Shown: one piece after another, positions 20,084 through 32,000 of the stretch
How the letters are laid out: every line of letters begins with the position of its first letter
Position numbering within the stretch: position 1 is the first letter of the stretch
From: a virus
Taxonomy: Duplodnaviria > Caudoviricetes
Reading direction: 5' to 3' (one strand)
DNA length: 64,000 nucleotides
Virus record (IMG/VR): IMGVR_UViG_3300031141_000005
Location: 1,965-65,964 of that record
Made by a program: the position numbers and the translations under genes
Notes under the pieces: generated by a model
Seen by the model: the letters and a program-made list of their open reading frames with translations, nothing else
Databases searched by the model: none
Told to the model about the DNA's origin: nothing

Positions 20084-23000
20084 ATGTCAAACGGTTTAGG
20101 TAACGGAGTAAATGCACCAGGAGAAGATATTGAAAACTACGATTCTTCTTTAGATAGTTCAGCAAGTCAACCAGATATACAATCTAACTTAGAGGTTCCT
20201 CAACAGAGGAGCTCTTTTAGTTTAGCGAACATCAACCAACAACAAGCTCCAATGGAGCAGATGGATGCTTGGGGTGGTGCTGTAGATTTAGCTGAACAAC
20301 AACAAAACCTTCCTGATATACCAGAAGTTGGTACTCCAGGTATAGATTACGACATGGGTCATGTTGAGACTATAGGTAGGAGTGTTATGGCTGGGTTTGG
20401 AGATATGTTTAATAGTATGGGTGATATGGTTGACTTCTTAAGTTTTACCCCATCATCTATAGTTTCTAAGCATGTTCTTGGTATAGATACTAATAAGCCT
20501 ATCTCTGATGCGTTCCATAATTTTGGTGACTACCTAGACTCTTATGGTGATACCGTTCCTGGATTAAAAGACATGAGCGAGATTACTTGGGATGATATGT
20601 CTGATCCTAAGTTTTGGGAGACTGGAGTTGCTCGTATGCTTCCGTTCGCTTTATCATTAATGATCCCTTCTACTTTGGCTGCCAAAGGAGCGCAAGCTGC
20701 TATGGGTAGTATGAACTTCCTTAAATCATCTGCGGCTATTGCTAAGGGTGCATCTTCTGTTGGTATTAGATTATCTCAAGCTGCTGCTACAGGATTAATT
20801 AAGAAAGGTATTGCTACTATCGCTGCAGGTTCTACGGCAAACATGCTTGAGGGTGCTGCGCTAGCAGGTGGAGCTATGAATCAAGCCATAGAAGAAGGTG
20901 TAGATCCTAGACTAGCTCATGCAGTTGGTCGTAGAGTCTTTGTAGATAACTTAGCTTCAATGGGTGCTGATATTGTTCAGTATGGATTGTTTACAGGTCA
21001 AGCAAAGATTGGTTCTGCTATCATGAAGACCGTTCCTGGAGCAGCAAAGACTGCTGGTTTGAAGGCTATGAAAGCTGCTGGTATTGGTCCTGTAGTTAAG
21101 CAAGCTTTTAAAGCTATAGGTATGGGTGCTGCCAATGGTATAACTGATGGTGTTGTTGAACAATTCCAAGAGGTTTATCAAGATTGGTCTGTGAACAAGA
21201 ATATAGCTGAAGCTAAAGGAGAAGACTTCCCTACTTACATGGAGTTCTTTATGGCTGACGAACAGAGACCTACAAGGATTATGTCGTTCGCTACTAGTTT
21301 ACTTATGTCTGGTGGTAGTAACTTCATGCAGACAGCTACAGAGAACAAGAGAAAACAAAATACAACTAATCAAGAAAACGCAGATGTACATGATCTTATA
21401 GGGGTCTTTTCAGATAAGGTAGATCAAGAAAGAACGTACAAAGTAAATAAGAAAGTATTTAAAGGTCTCGATAAGAATGGTGTTGCTATCACAGAGGATG
21501 AGGTTATTGAAATCTCTGGTGAGGATATGCAAAATGAGATTCAAGATTCTGCCGCTAGAAAGTTAGCAATGCAAGCTGTAACCAACGGACAAAAAGATTT
21601 GGTTATGGAGGCTTTAGCTATGGAGTTAGAGGATGGTAATATAACTCAAGATAGATACGATTCTTACGTTAGTACTATAGCTGAGGTTGAATCTCAGATG
21701 TCAAAATACCCTGATGGTTCATTTAATAGAATGGAGAAGGCTAATTTAGTTACTGCTGTATGGGCAAAGACTTCTGTAGATAGATCACTTAAGATAGGTG
21801 AGGACGCTAAGAATGCTGAGATTGAGAAGATAAATCTTAATAATATTTTAAGCGAGGAAAATAAGAAGTCTCAGATTGATGCTTTAAATGAGTCGTATAA
21901 TGAAGGGGCTAAATCAAAACAAGCCGCAGCTGATATAATGAAGGATACGGTTAATAGTATCTATGAGTTTAGTAAGAAAAGGGTTGCTGCTGAGAAGTTT
22001 AATAAAACCGACAGACCAAAACTTAATAAACTTGCTGAAAAGGTAAACAACAACGAAGAGTTAACAAAAGAAGAGAACGAATACGTTGCTAGTAATAAAG
22101 ACTTTAGTGGTCATATTAAGAAAGAGTCTTCTAGATTAAGAAGATCAGAAGCTAACAGTAAAGCTCCGAAAGGATTTGCTTATAGTGAAACTCTTGAAGA
22201 TGGTACTCTTATATATGAAGAGGCTGTAGCGAAAGGAGAGCCTGGGAAGGTGTTTAAGTTTAAGGCAGACAAGACTACCGAAATAATAAACAACGACCTA
22301 GGAGATGCTTTAAATAATATAGATAAAGACATTAAGGATGGTGATGTTGTTGGTGACGCTGTTGGTGATAAAGCAGACACTAAAGACTCTAATGATAAAG
22401 ACACCGACAAGGTTGATGATAAAGATAAAGTCGATGGCGACGCTAATGATAAAGCTGATGATAAGGTTGACGACAAAGACCCTACTCCTGACAAACCAAA
22501 AGTTAACGCAACGCCTAGAGCTGCCGAGGTAGCCGAGGAGGAGGGTGTTGATTTATCTAAGGTTGTTGGTACTGGGACTGGTGGAAAGATACGTGTTGGT
22601 GATGTTAGGGCTTATAAATTAAAGAACCCTAACGGTCAATCAAAGCTATTCATGAGACTTGATAGTGCTAAAGTTATGGCTGGATTAGCTCGTGACGCTG
22701 CTAAGAGAATCGCAGGGGATACTGCTTCTGATTTATTTGACATAGCGACAAAGTACTTAAATAACAGAGAGCTAAGAAGGTCTCATACTTTAGACTCAAA
22801 CTCTCACATGGTTCTGTCTGACTATTACAGACGTAAGGTTGTAGATGGAGTTGTGTCTATGGGCTTCATGCCTGAGATATTTACTGCTGCTGGGGTAAGA
22901 GCTGCAGGTATGGCATCTGGTTTAGGTATATTCTTAAACACGGAACTATACAACGAGGAAGCTGTATTCCACGAGAACTTCCACATATTTAGAATGCTTT

Positions 23001-26000
23001 ATGGACACCGTCCTGAAGTAATGGAGATGATGAAAAACATCATAGACCAGCCTATATATGAAGAAATAAAACTTAAGTATTCTAACTTATTGTTAGTACA
23101 GTCTAGCGGTGATGCTCTAAATCTTACCCTAGCGTTAAAACACGCTTCTAGATTAAATAAGGGTGTTATTACAAACATTAGAGACTTCGTAGCAAAGAAC
23201 GGAGGTAGCATGGAGTCTGAGCAGACTATGAAAGATTTCTTAGCGTATGCTATGGAACAAGTAGAAGCTATCGGATATAAGGCATTAGAATCTAAAGATC
23301 AAACAGGAATTCAAGATGAAGCTCTTACTCACTTAGCTGGTAAGTATGGTGCCCTTAATCCTGATCTGTTCTTTAGCGACAAGAAGAAAGCCGACACCCA
23401 TAAGGAAACTTTTGGTAAGTGGTTAGGATTTATTAAAGAGAACTCTACAATAGAAGAGTCTGAAGCTTTGTTTGAAGAAGCTACTGAAGGTCTTTATAAG
23501 AAGACTAATGATTTCTCTTTCTTTGAGAAATTCTCTAAGGTAAAAGAAATTATAGAAAATAATCAAGCTGATTACTCTGGGCTTAGTAAAAACTCCCCAT
23601 CTCAGTCTAAGTATATGACTGCCGAAAGAAAGGCAATCAACGATAGTATAAGAGTTAGTTTAGATAGTAAGCTTAACGTAGCTTACGAAATGGCTGTAGC
23701 TTTCCATGATGAAATACTTGGAGAGGCTAAGAAATCTTCTGAGGATTTAGGAACTAAAGAACTTATAAAGGCTGTAAAAGAAAGAAGAATCTTTCAAGAC
23801 CAAACTCAAGAGGCATTTATTTCATTCGCTAGAGCCGTCCTTTCAGAGATAGCTAAAGATCCTGCTCACGGAAAGAACTCTGAGAAGTACGATAAAACAT
23901 TCAAGATATTGAATGCTAACAAGCACGGAATAATGAACACCATAAAGACTATGTTCTTGTCTGGTTTAAATGTTCAAGAACAGAAAGCTTTAAAGGGTGA
24001 GGAATCAGCAGCAAGTGAAGATGTAGAATCTGAAGACGGAGCATTCGCTGCCGTTATAGATGGTGGTAGTTTAAGATTATCTAGTAAGTTTGGGGGTATT
24101 ATAAAGAACTTCCTTACTTCAGGTAGAGCTGTAAACGGAGAACTAGGAGCTACTAAGAACAACGTATTGAAGCAGATCATAATGGACATAAATTCTGTGT
24201 CTAACCCTGAAGAAATGCAAGCATTAGTAGAGGCTAGAATTGGTTTATTGAAAGGAAACCCAGATAGCTTAACATTCAACGAAGCTATAGCTGCGGAGTT
24301 CTATACATACCTAGATGAGACGCAAGATATAGTTCCAGGAGAATCTATTAAGAGTGCTTATCATGAGCTTTCTGGATTTAAGATAGATAAGCCTTTCGTG
24401 TTTGTTGTAGGTGGGTCTAAAGACTTACTATCTAACACTGACAGGAACTACCAAAAGAGAGCTCTAGACTTTATTAAGTTTGATAAGACTGACTTGATTG
24501 GAATAACTGGAGGTAAGCCTCTGTCTTTGAGTGCTATAAGGGCTCAGGTAGCAAAGAAAATTCATGTATTAAAAAGGTTTGAGAATGCTGACGTGTCTCA
24601 GTTCTCTGTAGTTGATGCTTTCAATAAGAGGATAGAATTCTCTGCAGCCTTATACGGTTTGATGTCTAAAGAAAATGTAACCAAAAGCGATGTAGCTGCG
24701 TTTATTAAAAGACACATACTACCTGAAGGTACTGGTGTTGATGTGTCTTTAAATGAGATTGAAGCTCTTATGATTTTTGATGAGGTTTCTGGACAGAGTT
24801 TAAGCATTGGAGCTTACTTTAGTCAAGAGCGTATCAGTGAAATGTTCTACGACTCTTTATCTTTAAGGACTAGTAGGAATAAGGATAACAAAGTGGAGTT
24901 TGGTTATGAGGCAGCTCAAGATATTATTATAGGAGAGGTTATTAATCCTATGAAAAAGATCACAGGAGACCTTGATAAAAGCGTTGTTAGAGAATTAATA
25001 AAAAGATGGAAAGCTTCTCACGATTCAACAGAATCAGTTAGAGGTTCTATAAGTGTGTATAAAACATCACACGAAAACAAGGGTAGTATTATAGAAGGGG
25101 TAGCTGGTAGTATGGATAACATGCAAGGTGTTAATGACATCTTTAAAGCTGTTGTTACTTCTTACATAGTTTCATCTCAACAGAACCCTGCTGGACAGGT
25201 TAGAATGCCTGAAGGCGATCAAGTGTCTGTACTCGTAAAGAAGTCGGCTCTTGATTACAATGTAGAGTCGTTAGAGAAATTAAAGAAGGATGACCTTCCA
25301 AGATTTAAAAAGCTTTATGGAACTAACCGATATGCCCTTAAAATGGCGGAAGGTAATTGGAAGCTTAATTATAACATACTTGCTGGATTCGATGGAGAGA
25401 ATTCTATAGATTCAAAGAACATGACAGGAACTCAGGTAATGTATTCTGACCTTAGAATGATTCTTTCAGCTTTAGAAACTGGTTCAGATTCTTACAAGCA
25501 AAATATAGGAGATCACTCTGATAAAACAAGAAGATATTACGCTGATGTAGACGCTCTAGGAGCTAGTATTTCTTTTAATGAGTTCTTAGGAAAGACAGAC
25601 CATAACGATGTTACTGTCGAATCATTAGAGGAATATGTTAAGGATTACGCTCCAGGTCTTTATAAAGAACTTGAAGCTATAAAATCTAAGCAAGTTGCGG
25701 AGATGAAGTCTCTAATCAACAAACATAATGATGGTGTTGATAATTTCGATCTTCATTTAGTTATGTCCCCTAGCGTTATCAAGAGTCTTAGAGATTCTGG
25801 GAAGGATATAAAGACTACAGACAACGAAGGAGCTGTAGAAGAAGGTGAAGGTGAATTAGATTTAGCTGGAGATGAAGTACTTAAAGGTTCTTTCAGTGTA
25901 GAATCTATGATGGAAGGCGCTGAAAGAACGCATGAAAAGTTAGGTTCTAATATGGCTGATGTTGTTGTTGCTGGTCTTAATTATGCAGTAAACAAGTATT

Positions 26001-29000
26001 ACCTACAAGACCTTACGGGTGTAGTATCTCAAGACGCTTCATTTACTATGAAGAATAAGAGAGCTACATTACTGATAGCACCTCAAGTGTCTGCATTTCC
26101 AGAACACAGAATGGATGTTATTATGTTTAACGATGTAAAGTTACTAACTCTAGATGGTCTTTCTACTATAAAAACTATAGACGGAACAGTTGTAGAGGTT
26201 ACTGCTGATTTACTAGATTCAGCTTCTTACGTTACGCAAGATATGGCTGACGAGATAACTAACGCATACGGGAATACCGTAGACGTAACGGGATCGTTTA
26301 AGTTTGTTGGTGCAGGGCAGAACACAGACAATGCTGCTATATCATCTTCATTCGGATCTGAACGAAGTAAGTTCTACTTTAAAGGTCATACTGTAGTATT
26401 AGATGAATCATCTATAGGAACTCCACTAGAAGGAGTGTACAAAGCCTTACTAGCAAGAGAAAGGTTATTTAAATCTAAAGGAATTAAAGCTAAGGTTATA
26501 GCCTATGCTGATTCTGGTGTTAAGAAAGGTCACATTAAGGGAATCAACTCTAAGAGTCTTGCTGAATGGGATGCCATGAAGGACGATGACGTTGCTATCA
26601 ATGAGTTTCAAGATAGCTGGTCTTACGACTTGAAGAAAGATACTTACGGATATGATGGTAAATACTTCGGTGTTCAAAATGAACTAGATAAGAATGCAAC
26701 TAGTGCGACTGTAGCTAAACAAGCTGTATCCGCAACTAATATATTCGCTGATCATGAGAATACTGAACTTGCTGCGATGTCTCAAGACTTCTTGTCTTTA
26801 TATGCTCAAGCCTTAGACCAACAATATCAAGAAGGTTCTGGAGGTAAGACGATAGAAGAGTCTGGTTTAGAGAGCGCTAGTTCGGGATCTACATTCCCTA
26901 CCATGACTAGAGCTATGAATGAATTAGCGACCTCGCTTCCATTCGTTACAGATTCTTTAAGTAAGACCGCTACAGCTAAAGTTAAGAAAGACGCTCACAG
27001 ACTTAGAACTACAGGTTCTTTATCTCTTCAAATATCAGATGCCTTATATGGCTATGAGTTTGATGGAGATAATGTAATAGAGACTGACAAATCTTTAAAA
27101 CCTATTAGAATAGAGAACGGTAAAGTACTTCCTGCTGAGGTTGCTATATCTAGTCACATGGCTAGTATGCTTGGCGTTACAGAGAAGGAGCTTGAAGGAG
27201 GTAAAGAAGTTTTCTTCTTTGCTACTAGAATACCAGCTTCATCTGTAGGTTCTACTATATTATTAAAGGTTGCTAGAATATCCCCAACTCAAGGTAACAC
27301 TATAGCTATAAACGCTAAGATGTCTGCCATAATGGGGGCTGATTTAGATGGTGATATGCTTCACCTTAACGCTTGGACTAAGAAGCCTAAAGCTGGTTCT
27401 GTTGATGCAATCAAGAACAAGATGCTTGACAAGCTTAAGCAAATGCACGAACACCCAGAGGTGTTTAAGACATTAATTAAAGAGCTTGAATTTAAGACAG
27501 TAACTAAAGCCACCAACCTAGCCTTATATGGTAACGAGAAAGGTTCTACTGCAGTATACAATGACTTCAATGTATTTGATACTGCTGAGATGTACGAACA
27601 AACTAAGGGTAACGCTCCTATGATTGGTCTTATAGCTTCCACTTCTAATCAATTCAACTACCTAGCTCAAGGAAGTCCTTCTGTTAATTATGGAGGATTA
27701 CCTTTAGTGTTAGTTAAAGGAAGAGAAGAGAAATCTGAAAGATATGATAGGTTAGATTCTAAACTATCCGAAGACGGGGGAGGTACTTACTACGCTTACG
27801 CTAACTACTTGAACCTTATCTTAGATGATGGGAAGTATGGTAACAGAGCTAAGTTTGGATTCAATAAAGGTAGTGGTGCTTCTTTTGGTTTAATGATAAA
27901 GATGGGTATTCATCCAAAGGATATTGCATTATTAATGACGAAAGGTAAGTTAGGTGAGTTACTTAGCATGGATAAGTTACAAGACTACGCTAGAGAGCAA
28001 CTTGGTGTAGAGAAAAGCTTAGCTGGTCATATAAAAACTAACTTCCTAAGTAAAGGAATAGATATAGAGGCTATTATAAAAGGAGACTTAGAGTCTGCTA
28101 TAGCTTTAGCTGTTGTGTTAAAGAGCATATCTAACGATATGTATAGTCTAGGTTCTTATGTTGGGCTTGATAGTAATCTACCTGAGTCTCTAGTAGAGGT
28201 TAAGGAAAGAATAAGAGCAGGTAAGAAAGCTTTAGCTAACCAACCTGAGATAGCTCAGAATGCATTCACAAACAACCCACTAATACTTAGTAAGGTTAAA
28301 TTCTTATCTGACTATGCGGTGAAGTTAGCGTCTGAAGATGTTACAATATCTAACGGCTATAGTGATACTGTAGGTGAGTACATGTTACCTGTAGATGAGA
28401 ATGACTTTGATTCTGTTCAGTTTACTGACGCAGCTAAATTACTTAAAGCCCTTAACTTATCTAGGGTTGCCGCAGAAATGCCTATCAGTATTCGTGATAT
28501 GTTATTTGAGTCAGCGGTATCTGGAGTTTCTAAGACAGCTAATAACGTAGAGTCTAAGAACTTCCTATCTATATTAAATAAACTAGACAATCAAGATTCT
28601 TATTCTGGTGTTACTCAGTTAATAGCTAACTACATCAAGAATAACGAAGACTTTGATAATAACTTATTCATACAACATTTAAGTATGAGAAACTCTACCA
28701 GGTTCTTTACAGGAGGTACTGATATTATTCAGGATTCGTCTGTTGTAGAGTTCGGAATGGATAGAGAGATGTTGTTTGAACTACAAGAGGTTGAACAGAT
28801 AGAAGCTTTAGGTAAGGACTTTGAGAAGTTGCCTTCATGGCTTAAGGATTGGTTTATAGCTAATGACTTTATAGTTTCTGGTTGGGGTTCTAACGAGAAG
28901 CAGTCACTACTACCTTACATGGATAGTGCTTCTATATCGAAAGTGAATGGATACTTTAAGTCTGCGTTCTCAAACGGTAAAGATTTCATAGAACAAACAA

Positions 29001-32000
29001 ACGAAAAAACATCTAATGGCGCTGGAGTTTTAAGCATCAATGAATTGATTGGTGTTGATAGTTCTTCAGGTCATGAGGAAGCTTCTTTCTCTTTAGCTAA
29101 GTTAGTTTACGCTGCTCTTCACGGAGCTAAAGGTCTTAACGCTCACGAGCAAACTCACGAAAACGTTAATTCATTTTCTACTAGCTCTCAAATGGAAAAC
29201 GATACTACTCTTGTTTTTGATGAGCAATTTAGAGAGTTAGGTATGTTGTCTGTAGTTTCTAAACTATCTGACCAACATTCAGAAAACTCTAGAGATGATG
29301 TTAAGTACTTAGCTATATACGGAAACGGTATAGACATGACTCAAGGTCTTAGAGTTACATTAAGTAAAGACGCTTACCTTAACGAGAAGCTTCCTTCTGG
29401 AGTTTCTATAGATTCTTTTGATGATGAAGGTAGAGCTAAATGGGATGAGAAGTACTCTAACTACTTAAGGTCTTTGGATATAGTCAACGAGAAGTTGGAT
29501 CACTTAAATGAAGCTAACATAGAAGACCACGACTACACAATGAACAGGTCTGCTTCTGATAAGAGGTTTGATTACGTATCTAATTTATTCGCCAACATAC
29601 AGAATGAATTATCTTATGAGACTGTAGGATTAACTAAAGAACACTTAGATGAGTTAGCTACCACTCCACTTAGACGATATGTAGAATACAACTATGGATT
29701 ACATATATCTAATAAGCAAATCAAGGATTGGGAGTTAGATCAAGGTAAGAGTTTCGTAGAAGAGATTACAATTAAAGGATTAAATAAAGATATATCTACA
29801 TTGGATTTATGGATGTCTCCAGGGGATTACGGTAAGAACAAACCAACCATGGCTTACATTAATAAAGAAATGAAGATGGAGCATATGGACTTCACTAGAA
29901 ACCTTCACCTTGTAACTAAGGAAATGAATAAGAGGTTAGATGCTTTATATAAAAGTAAAGCTACTGAGACTGGTTTCTTAGGAACTAAAGCTGGTCGTAT
30001 ATTTAATCAGTATTTCGCAGTAGGTAATAGAAAGGTGTCTGAGATACTATACGAAAACCTATTCGTAAGCGAGCACGCAACAAGAAGAAAGGTAGATACG
30101 AAAACGAACAAAGTTACTTATACAGATGCTAGTTCATTACGACTTAATCCTTTATTCTTTAAGAGCGCTAGCATCGTAGGAGATCAAAGTGTTATAGATT
30201 CAGATTCTCAAGCGTTTAAAGACTTATCCGTAGCAGAACAAGAGTACTTAAAGATGTACGTTAAGTACACTTCATTCTATAGAAACTTAATACACGCTAA
30301 GGGATTACTTAAAGGTGGCTCTGATAGAGGTACTAGTTATATTCCAGCATCTACTTCATCTAAGTTTGAAACGATGAGTAGAAGAGGTTTATTTGGATTG
30401 TACTACCAAATGCACAGAGGAGACGAAACTCTTTATGATGTAGTAATTGAGGCTGTAAATCCTTTAACTGGAGACCTTGAGAAGTTAGATTACTTTAGTT
30501 GGAAAGCTTTATATATGCACTCTCCTGAAGATGCTTTATTTACTACAGACTCAGACAACTTAAGAGTTGACTTAGGTCACGGTAATACATTGTCTGGAGC
30601 TCAAAGAATTAAAGCGTTCAGAGATATTACAGCTAAGGCTAAGAAGTTAATGACTAAAGGTAAGGATGATGGTGGTAACACTGTTAGTATATCTTCTCCT
30701 ATTAATGATGTTCTAGGTAATGAGGAATTTGTAAACAGATTTACATCTCACAGATCATCAAAGGCTGGGTACTTAGCGACTCACAACCTTCACCAGTCAC
30801 TTAGGTCTTACATACAAACGTTCATGTTCCAACATGGTAACGCTTACTTAGATGTTAAAGCGAATAAAATTAAGAAGCTTTCTTGGAATATAGATGATAA
30901 TAAAGATGAGTTTGGTGTTGAGTCTATGACTCTTCAGGACGCTACTAAAAACAAGTTTATATTTAAAGGATTTGATAGTAAGAACCTTATGGTTGATGCT
31001 GCTATGTCTCAACTTAGGTTGAGTGGTAGCGAGAATGCTTTAAAGTATATGGACAAAGTTGTTAAGGGTGGTTTAATTAATAAGCAGAGAGGTTTGTCTT
31101 TTAGTGAGTCAAAGAACGAAGCTAGTATAATTAAGTTCTTTACTAACTGGACTATGTATATAGCTTTAGGTTTCAACTTCCCAGCAGCTGTTGGTAACGT
31201 CTTGATAGGTAAGTACAATACTTACAGAGCTCAAGGTGGTGCTGGAGTTATTACTGGAGAGAAAAGATACTTAGGTATAGGTTCTAACGGTATGTTCGAC
31301 AAGAGCATTATGAAGAAATCTAGATTGATGATTGAAGAATTTGGTATCTTAACTTACCGAGCTGAAGAGATTGCTGAAGGTACTAGTGGTTCTGCCATTG
31401 ATGCTTTAATTTTCTCTCCTATGGTACTTGCAGAGAACTGGATTCAACAAGCAGCATTCTTAGGCTCTTTAACTCAAGAGCAGTGGGATAGCTATGAGGT
31501 TCACGAAGGTGAGCTTATGTTTAAGGGAGACATCAAGAAAGAAGATGGTACTCTTAAATATCCTGACGCAAAGAGAGAGTCTCAGCTTTCTAAGATTGAA
31601 ATAGCAAAACTAGAGAGAGATGTAATCAACCTTCAAGGTAGAGGTTACTCAGAGACTGATCAGAGATTCATTCAGATATATGCTCTTAGTAATTCATTCA
31701 TGCAATTCAAGAGGTGGTTCCCTACGTTCTTAGCTGATAGATTTAAATCAGAACACATAGATGACTTAGGTACTATGAGAATAGGTTCAGTGAAAGCTGC
31801 TTCTGACTTTATTTCAGAGATGAGAGCTAATGATATTCCTGTAACGGAATGGAGAGAGCACCTTAAAGATAAGCCTAAACACCTTAAAGATGGTGTTAGT
31901 AGATTATGGAGAGGTACTAAAGGTATCGCTATGCTGTCTATGATTCTATTAGCTATCTCTCATAATAGAGACGATGATGCGCCAGAGGATGAGACTTTAA

